Of a DNA stretch of 64,000 bases, positions 57,944 to 64,000 are shown one piece after another. A model generated the notes under the pieces. It had not been told where the DNA came from. It saw only the letters and a list, made by a program, of their open reading frames with translations, and did not search any database. The first letter of the stretch is position 1; every line of letters starts with the position of its first letter. The position numbers were made by a program, and so were the translations under genes. This DNA comes from an uncultured Chloroflexia bacterium (GTDB taxonomy: Bacteria; Chloroflexota; Dehalococcoidia; DSTF01; JALHUB01): positions 800,001-864,000 of the forward strand of contig OY969814.1 of the NCBI GenBank assembly GCA_963703345.1, given 5' to 3'.

Positions 57944-58441
57944 ATGAGGTGCTTTGACTGCGACAAGGATGCGACGCACGAATGCCGTCGTTGCGGCAGG
58001 CTCTACTGCGATGAGCACGGCGATGAGTTGTGCGCGCAGTGCCTCAAGCCCACCGGCGCTTTGCCCTCCTTCCTGCTCTATCGCGGCACGCTGTTGGCGC
58101 TCCTCCTGGGAACCGTGGTCGCCCTCTGGCTGCTCCTGAAGCCGCCGCAAGAGGCAAGCCAGTCCACCTTCAACATCGTCCAGCCGACGGCGACGGCCGC
58201 CGTCCGCACGCCGACGAGCGAGGCCACCCTGACGCCGAACGCCTCGCCGACGGTGACGCCTACAGTCGGCGCAATCGCTTATACGGTACAGCCCGGCGAC
58301 ACGCTCATCGACATCGCGAGCCGCTACCTGCCGCCCGGCATGGGCCTAAACGACTTCATGTGGCAGATAGCCACCCACAACGGCCTCGACCCGGCGAACG
58401 CAATTCTTCAGCCTGGACAGATACTGAACCTTCCCCAGTAG
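57944..58441 (+). CDS. Zn-finger - TM - Pro/Thr linker - LysM protein
   Basis: CxxC..CxxC...CxxH...CxxC, a TM helix, then YTVQPGDTL..IA...L.PGQ.L.LP. Confidence 0.85.
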   Translation: MRCFDCDKDATHECRRCGRLYCDEHGDELCAQCLKPTGALPSFLLYRGTLLALLLGTVVALWLLLKPPQEASQSTFNIVQPTATAAVRTPTSEATLTPNASPTVTPTVGAIAYTVQPGDTLIDIASRYLPPGMGLNDFMWQIATHNGLDPANAILQPGQILNLPQ

Positions 58442-58453
58442 GCAGGGGATCTC

Positions 58454-58897
58454 TTGAAAGAGGAGATTTCGCTCGCCCGACGCCGCCTCGTCCGGGATGC
58501 GATAATCTACACGCCGATCTTCGTCGCCGTTCTCGTCGCCTGGGCCGTCGCGCTGGCTGGCGTCATCCGGCAGGGCGGTGGTGGTGGCGTCTTCCTCCTT
58601 GTGCTGCTGACGCTCGTGGCGCTGCTCGTCGGCTTCCAGAGCCTGCAGTCGCTGCGGGACCTGCGTTCGACGCTGGTGACCAGCGAGGGCGAGGTGCGGC
58701 GAAAATGGCGTCGCGCTGAGTTCCTGCTCTTCCCCGCTTACTACCTCTACCTGAACCGCAACGTCTTCAGAATCACGCCGCTTACGTACCATCAGGTGCA
58801 GCCGGGCGATTTCGTCGCCGTGCTGCACTACCCGCACACGTCTACCGTCGTTTCGGTGACCCGATTGCGGCGGAGCGAAACGAGACCAGGAGGGTAG
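58454..58897 (+). CDS. Hypothetical membrane protein
   Basis: Two TM helices followed by a beta-rich domain. Confidence 0.75.
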   Translation: MKEEISLARRRLVRDAIIYTPIFVAVLVAWAVALAGVIRQGGGGGVFLLVLLTLVALLVGFQSLQSLRDLRSTLVTSEGEVRRKWRRAEFLLFPAYYLYLNRNVFRITPLTYHQVQPGDFVAVLHYPHTSTVVSVTRLRRSETRPGG

Positions 58898-58898
58898 G

Positions 58899-59642
58899 AT
58901 GGAGCAACAGGAGCCATTTTCGGCAGCGGGGGTGCCCCGCAAAGCGGAATACTACACTCTCATCCGGGACCTGCCGTCGTCGGAGCGGCCCCGCGAGCGC
59001 CTGCGCGACTTCGGGGCCAGCGCGCTCTCCAACGCGGAGCTCCTGGCGATAATCCTGCGCACCGGCGCCCACAAGGAGAGCGTGCTGACGATGTCCTCGC
59101 GGCTGCTGTCATCTTACCGCGGGCTAGTCGGACTGGCGCAGGTGAGCTTCGGCGAGCTGTGCAACGAGCACGGCCTCGGCGAGGCAAAGGCGGCGCAACT
59201 GAAGGCGGCGCTGGAGCTGGGCAGGCGCCTCTCCTCGACGCAGCCGGAAGAGCGCGCGGTCGTGCGCTCGCCGGAAGACATAGCCAACCTGCTGCTCAGC
59301 GAGATGGGTCTCCTGGAGCAGGAGCACCTGCGCGTCGTGCTGCTCAACCAGCGCAACCAGGTGCTCGGCGTGCCGGAGGTGTACCGCGGCAGCGTCAACA
59401 CGTCGCTCATCCGGATAGCGGAGGTCTTCCGCGAGGCGATCCGCCAGAACTGTCCGGCCGTTGTCCTCGTCCACAATCATCCCTCCGGCGACCCGACGCC
59501 TTCCGCCGACGACATCGCGATGACGAAGCAGGCCGTCGAGGCGGGCAAGCTGCTGGACATCGAGGTGCTCGACCACGTGGTCATCGGCCAGGGCCGCTAC
59601 CTCAGCCTCAAAGAGCAGGGTCTGGGCTTCGGTCCGGCGTAG
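58899..59642 (+). CDS. radC: RadC/JAB-domain protein
   Basis: [30 protein letters not shown]. Confidence 0.96.
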   Translation: MEQQEPFSAAGVPRKAEYYTLIRDLPSSERPRERLRDFGASALSNAELLAIILRTGAHKESVLTMSSRLLSSYRGLVGLAQVSFGELCNEHGLGEAKAAQLKAALELGRRLSSTQPEERAVVRSPEDIANLLLSEMGLLEQEHLRVVLLNQRNQVLGVPEVYRGSVNTSLIRIAEVFREAIRQNCPAVVLVHNHPSGDPTPSADDIAMTKQAVEAGKLLDIEVLDHVVIGQGRYLSLKEQGLGFGPA

Positions 59643-59752
59643 CGCATCGCGCAGCGGGCCCTTTCAATGGGCGTTCAAATTGACGGGCCCAGCGGTTTCG
59701 CGGGATAATGCGATCAGGATTGCTGTATGGCCTGCACACAAGGAGGTGTCTG

Positions 59753-60316
59753 GTGAAGAGGTCATGGATTTGCCTGTTGATAGTGCTGGCAATCGTTGCC
59801 AGCGGTGCCCTGGTCGCGTGCGGCGGTAGCAGCAAGGCCTCGCCGACGGCAACCGCGAAGCAGGGGCAAACGGCATCGACGCCGTCGACCAATGCGACGA
59901 GCACGCCGGCGTCGACGAAGGCGACAAATACACCCGCGTCGAATGGCAACAGCGGCTCCAGCGGCGGCTCCCTGAGCGACGTGCCGGTCTACCCCGGGGC
60001 CACGAAGATCAGCGGTGGCCAGTATTCCGGCTCCGCGGGATCAATACCGGCTATCGGCTCCAACTTAAACGCGGCAGACTACACGAACTTCGCTTACGCG
60101 ATTTACGAGACAGATGACAGTCCGCAGCAGGTCTTCGACTGGTACAAGAACAACATGAGCGGCTGGACAGACGAAGGATCGTTCAGCGGCGGCGCCGGGG
60201 GGAACACCGCCGCCTTCGCGGCCTGGTCGAAGGACAACGGCAAGGTGGCCGCCTGGATGACCGTCGGGTCAAGCGACAGCAAGACTTCGCTCAGCATCTG
60301 GTCCGGCTCTCAATAG
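59753..60316 (+). CDS. Hypothetical lipoprotein
   Basis: GTG after AGGAGG, lipobox LVAC, Ser/Thr linker, DVPVYPGA domain. Confidence 0.8.
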   Translation: MKRSWICLLIVLAIVASGALVACGGSSKASPTATAKQGQTASTPSTNATSTPASTKATNTPASNGNSGSSGGSLSDVPVYPGATKISGGQYSGSAGSIPAIGSNLNAADYTNFAYAIYETDDSPQQVFDWYKNNMSGWTDEGSFSGGAGGNTAAFAAWSKDNGKVAAWMTVGSSDSKTSLSIWSGSQ

Positions 60317-60415
60317 CGTCGCCCCAAGCTTGGGCTTTGGTTGGCCATCCGCGCGGGCAGCGCTCCTTCGGGAATGCGTTGCCCGCTCCCATTGAGAAGC
60401 CCCTATCGCGGACGG

Positions 60416-60463
60416 CGCTATCTCAGCCTCAAGGAGCAGGGGCTAGGGTTCGCGCCGCCATAG
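60416..60463 (+). pseudogene. Orphan duplicate of the radC 3' end
   Basis: Encodes [15 protein letters not shown]-stop versus rad[16 protein letters not shown]-stop (59595-59642). Confidence 0.88.
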
Positions 60464-60474
60464 ACACCCACGGC

Positions 60475-60552
60475 GGTAAGACCGCTGCCTGGATCATTCT
60501 GGCTGATAACGACGGGACGACTTCGCTCGCCCTGTGGGCCGCCACGCAATAG
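60475..60552 (+). pseudogene. Orphan 3' end of a paralog/allele of the 59753 lipoprotein
   Basis: GKTAAWIILADNDGTTSLALWAATQ-stop versus GKVAAWMTVGSSDSKTSLSIWSGSQ-stop; ungapped, 11/25 identical. Confidence 0.8.
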
Positions 60553-60578
60553 GTCATGCCGACCAGCCGTCGCCCGCG

Positions 60579-61772
60579 CTACCGTTCCGTCGCGCCCTTC
60601 TCGAGTTGAGCGAGCGCTTCCGACTCGACGATGCGGTAAACCTCCCCCAGCGGCATCCCGCCCGCCAGCGCCAGGCGTCGGCACGCTTCGTACTCCGGCG
60701 ACACCTGCGGCCTGCGTCCCGGCAGACGCTTCACCTTAACCGCCGCCGGCCCCAGGCTGGACTCGAACTCGAACGTCTCGCGCTGCGCCTCGTGACGGCG
60801 CACCTCCTGCACGCGCACGCCCAGCGTCGAAGTCTCCTCCAGCAGGACGCGCGTCAGGCCTTCCTCCCGCTCGACCCCGCATAGCAGCGACAGCTTGACG
60901 GCCGGGCGGTTCTTCTTCATCTGGATGGGCGTGAACCACACGTCCGCCGCGCCCGCCGCAAACAGGCGCTCCAGCACGAAGCCCAGCAGCTCGGCGCTCA
61001 TGTCGTCGATGTTCGTCTCGATGAGGAGCACGGCGCCGCTTGCTTCCGGCAGCGCCTCGCCGAGCCAGAGGCGTAGGACGTTGGGGCGATCCGCGGTGTC
61101 GCGGCTGCCTGCGCCATACCCGACCGCCTCAAGCGCCATCGCCGGTCGCTGGAAGCTCGCGAGCGTTGTGACGATGGCCGCGCCCGTCGGCGTCACGAGC
61201 TCCCCCGGCTCGTCGGCGTCCGAGATGGGCGCGTTCGCCGCGGCGAGAAGCTCCAGCGTCGCCGGAGCGGGAAGCGGCAGCGTGCCATGGGCGCCCTGGA
61301 CCTCGCCCCGTCCGGCCGGAAGGCGGGAGGCGAAAAGCCGTTCGACGCCCAGCAGGCGCAGGCCGGCCACCGCTCCCACGATATCGATAAGCGTGTCGAG
61401 AGAGCCCAGCTCGTGCAGGACGACGGAGTCGATTTCGACGCCGTGGACGCGCGCCTCGGCTTCGGCGAGACGGCGGAAGACGGCCGACGCCTTCTCCTTG
61501 TCGGCCGGCGGCAGGCTGCTAGCCTCTATGGCGCCGAGCGCGTCGCGGAGTCGAGGAAGGGACGGCGCGTCCGCCGCGAGTTCGACCGTGACCTTCGTCG
61601 CGGCAAGGTCGTTGCGCTGCGTCCGTTCGGCCGTCAGCCGGTAGCCGGAAACCTTCACCTTCGTCAGCTCCGCCTGCAACGTCGCGAGCGGCAGCCCGGC
61701 GTCGACAAGAGCGCCGAGAAGCATATCGCCGCTGATGCCGGAGAAACAGTCGAGATAGGCGATGCGCGTCAG
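60579..61772 (-). CDS. larC: Nickel pincer cofactor nickel insertase LarC (probable CTG start)
   Basis: (M)TRIAYLDCFSGISGDMLLGAL, HG.....HE.G..D, TPTGAA, ETNIDD, MKKNRP, PEYE. Confidence 0.9.
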   Translation of the reverse strand: MTRIAYLDCFSGISGDMLLGALVDAGLPLATLQAELTKVKVSGYRLTAERTQRNDLAATKVTVELAADAPSLPRLRDALGAIEASSLPPADKEKASAVFRRLAEAEARVHGVEIDSVVLHELGSLDTLIDIVGAVAGLRLLGVERLFASRLPAGRGEVQGAHGTLPLPAPATLELLAAANAPISDADEPGELVTPTGAAIVTTLASFQRPAMALEAVGYGAGSRDTADRPNVLRLWLGEALPEASGAVLLIETNIDDMSAELLGFVLERLFAAGAADVWFTPIQMKKNRPAVKLSLLCGVEREEGLTRVLLEETSTLGVRVQEVRRHEAQRETFEFESSLGPAAVKVKRLPGRRPQVSPEYEACRRLALAGGMPLGEVYRIVESEALAQLEKGATER

Positions 61773-61790
61773 CTTCGGGCTCCTTCGCGC

Positions 61791-62549
61791 TCAGCTCTGA
61801 GCGTGGGCGAGTTGGTTGATGACGGCCGCCAGGTAGCCGGCGCCGAAACCGTTATCGATGTTGACGACGGCGACGCCCGGCGCGCAACTGTTCAGCATCG
61901 TCAGCAGGGGAGCGATGCCCTGGAAGCTGGCGCCGTAGCCCACGGACGTGGGGACGCCGATCACCGGCATGGCGACCAGGCCGGAGACGACGCTCGGAAG
62001 CGCTCCCTCCATGCCGGCGACGACGACCAGCACCCGCGCCTCGCGCAGCTTCGGAAGATGGTCGAGGAGGCGGTGCAGCCCGGCGACGCCCACGTCGTAG
62101 ACCCGCTCGACGCTGCTGCCCATCAGCTCCGCCGTGACGGCCGCTTCCTCGGCCACCGGCAAATCCGCAGTGCCGCCGCAGATGAGGCAGACGCCCGGCA
62201 GCGCCTCAGCCGGATGGCGGTCCAGCGTCGCCGCCCGCGCGACGTCGTGGTAGACGGCGTCGGGGACGCGTTCCCCTATCATCTCGAAAACGTCGCGGTC
62301 GATGCGCGTCACCAGCAGGCGTCCGGAGCGCTCGGCGAGGCGCTCGGCGATGGCGGCCACCTGCTCCGCCGTCTTCCCCTGGCCCAGCACTACCTCAGGC
62401 AGGCTGTCGCGGAGGGCGCGGTGATGGTCCAGCTTGGCGAAGCCGATGTCCTCATAGGGAAGGTGGCGCAGCCTCTCCAGCGCCCCTTCAACGTCCGTCG
62501 TCCCTTCGGATACGGACAGTAGAAGCTGTCGCAGGCTCTGCTCGTCGAT
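61791..62549 (-). CDS. larB: Nickel pincer cofactor biosynthesis carboxylase LarB (probable ATC start)
   Basis: (M)DEQSLRQLL...FAKLDHHR...PEVV.G.GKT, GTADLPVAEEA, DVGVAGLHRL, PTSVGYG, VVNIDNGFGA. Confidence 0.9.
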   Translation of the reverse strand: MDEQSLRQLLLSVSEGTTDVEGALERLRHLPYEDIGFAKLDHHRALRDSLPEVVLGQGKTAEQVAAIAERLAERSGRLLVTRIDRDVFEMIGERVPDAVYHDVARAATLDRHPAEALPGVCLICGGTADLPVAEEAAVTAELMGSSVERVYDVGVAGLHRLLDHLPKLREARVLVVVAGMEGALPSVVSGLVAMPVIGVPTSVGYGASFQGIAPLLTMLNSCAPGVAVVNIDNGFGAGYLAAVINQLAHAQS

Positions 62550-62640
62550 CGTCTCACTCCCGGGCCTGACATGTTGGCCGCGAATGAGATTATAGCATCG
62601 GCAGGTTCAGCGGACAAAAGCGCTGCCGATTCCCTCAGGG

Positions 62641-62883
62641 TTGACGCCCTCGCAACTGCAAGGGTATTATCAACCCGGCGGAGCTGCGTCTTGTAGCGCA
62701 GCGTGAGGCACTACCGGTTGAACATGGAGACCGACGACGGCGGCGATCGTAGCCGCCAAACGGCAAATAGAGGAGGCGATTCGCTGTCGATGAGTCGCCG
62801 CTAGAGCGCTGATTGGCGCCCGGCCGCGGCTCGTCCGCGGCGGACCACCTCCTGGCACGACTTTCTTGAGGAGGTGGTTTTTC
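62641..62883 (+). promoter_or_regulatory. Promoter, M-box(ykoK)-like leader RNA and SD-sequestering hairpin
   Basis: TTGACG-18-TATTAT. CAGCGTGAGGC...TGAACAT...GCCGCCAAACGG...GCTAGAGCGCTG. An ACCACCTCC/GGAGGTGGT hairpin covers the SD. Confidence 0.55.
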
Positions 62884-64000
62884 ATGCCTTTCCTCAGCCA
62901 GCTCCTTGGCCGGCCCACCCTCGACGCCGAGGGCGTGCGCGTCGGTGTGCTGCGGGACCTGCTCGTCTCCGGCGATAACCCCTATCCGCCGCTGAACGCC
63001 ATCGTCGTCGGCGATAGGGGGCACCTGCACGCCATTCCCTGGATTCACGTCGCCTCCGTCACGCCGCGCGGGGCTGTGCTGCGCAGCCGCGTCCGCCTGG
63101 AGGCGTTTCCCGCGCCGACCGACGACTTGATCTGGCTGGGGCGCGACCTGCTGGACAAGCAGATCGTCGATACGCACGGCGTGAAGCTGGTGCGCGTGAA
63201 CGACCTGGCGCTCACGGTCATTAATGGCGACCTGCGCCTCGCCGGCGTCGACAACAGCGTCGCCGGACTCTTGCGACGGCTGGGAATCGAGTGGCTGGCC
63301 AACGTTGCCGGCCGCGGACGCCCACGACTTATCGACTGGGAACAGGTAGACATCGGCCCGGCCGTCGACGAGATTCGGCTGAAGGTGCCCTTTCACCGCC
63401 TGCGTCGCATGAACCCGGCGGACATCGCGTCGGTCATCAGCCAGATGTCGCCCGGCGAGGCGGCGGACGTGCTGGAGGCGCTGGACGACGAGATCGCCGC
63501 CCACGCCCTGGCGGAGCTGTCCGACGAGCACCAGGCTGCGGTCGTCAACGCTATGGAGCCGGAGGAAGCCGCCGACGTGTTGGAGCAGATGGCGCCGGAC
63601 GAGGCGGCGGACATCCTGGGCGACGTCCACGAGGAGCGCGCCGGCGAGCTTATGCGGTTGATGGAGCCGCACACGGCCCAGGAGGTGCGCTCGCTCCTTA
63701 TCTACGAGGACGACACTGCCGGCGGCCTGATGAACAGCAGGCTCTTCGCCGTCGCCGAGATGGAGACGGCGGGCCGCGTCCTGGAAGACCTGCGACGCAC
63801 CTCTCCGCCCGAGGACGAGATCTACTATCTCTACGTCGTCGACAGCGGTGGACGGTTGCGCGGCGTCCTCTCTTTGCGTGACCTCGTCGTCGCCGAGCCG
63901 GACACGCTCATCGCCGATTGCGCGCGGCAGGACGTGGCCTTCGTACGCCTGGACGACTCCAAGGAGGAGGTGGCGCGCAAGCTCATCCACTACAACCTCC
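62884..64000 (+). CDS. MgtE-type magnesium transporter-related protein (PRC-like + MgtE_N + CBS), truncated by the window end
   Basis: MPFLSQLLGR..., LLDKQIVD..G.K.VRVND, PADIA, MAPDEAADILG, YEDDTAGGLM, YYLYVVD...L.GV.SLRDL. Absent from the ORF track because there is no stop in the window. Confidence 0.88.
   Translation, partial: MPFLSQLLGRPTLDAEGVRVGVLRDLLVSGDNPYPPLNAIVVGDRGHLHAIPWIHVASVTPRGAVLRSRVRLEAFPAPTDDLIWLGRDLLDKQIVDTHGVKLVRVNDLALTVINGDLRLAGVDNSVAGLLRRLGIEWLANVAGRGRPRLIDWEQVDIGPAVDEIRLKVPFHRLRRMNPADIASVISQMSPGEAADVLEALDDEIAAHALAELSDEHQAAVVNAMEPEEAADVLEQMAPDEAADILGDVHEERAGELMRLMEPHTAQEVRSLLIYEDDTAGGLMNSRLFAVAEMETAGRVLEDLRRTSPPEDEIYYLYVVDSGGRLRGVLSLRDLVVAEPDTLIADCARQDVAFVRLDDSKEEVARKLIHYNL

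Noticed and set aside
60337-60552. 71-aa ORF treated as a real gene
   Set aside because: It is a composite of intergenic DNA, an out-of-frame radC tail copy and a lipoprotein tail; no RBS.

Overview
GC-rich bacterial chromosome segment, mostly housekeeping genes. Gene content and RNA polymerase insertions suggest Chloroflexota/Dehalococcoidia (inference). In order: 5' end of a selenocysteine-containing selD (in-frame TGA plus SECIS-like hairpin, missing from the ORF track); nth; an argCJBD-G-H cluster interrupted by a HEPN-like orphan, a PemK/MazF toxin-antitoxin pair and DUF1801/HAD genes; rpe; rpmB; DAK2-DegV-recG; a PHP/GT4/CDP-alcohol phosphotransferase/GT-C-like glycolipid cluster; frameshifted prfB; dnaE; lysC-thrB; sppA; htrA; cobO; rpoBC; a radical SAM gene; PIN-TRAM-ispDF-cysES; tRNA-Thr/Tyr/Thr-tuf-rpmG-secE-nusG-rplKAJL; radC; larBC; and an M-box-like leader before an MgtE-type gene. 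Most unusual signals: (1) ArgD ends in a 22-aa tail colinear with the C-terminus of the adjacent antitoxin; (2) orphan duplicates of gene 3' ends (rpmB and radC with mostly synonymous changes, plus a more diverged lipoprotein end); (3) non-canonical ATC/CTG starts for larB/larC; (4) structured leaders before mgtE and PIN-TRAM. No integrase, transposase, CRISPR array or rRNA was seen. All calls were made by eye, without database searches.
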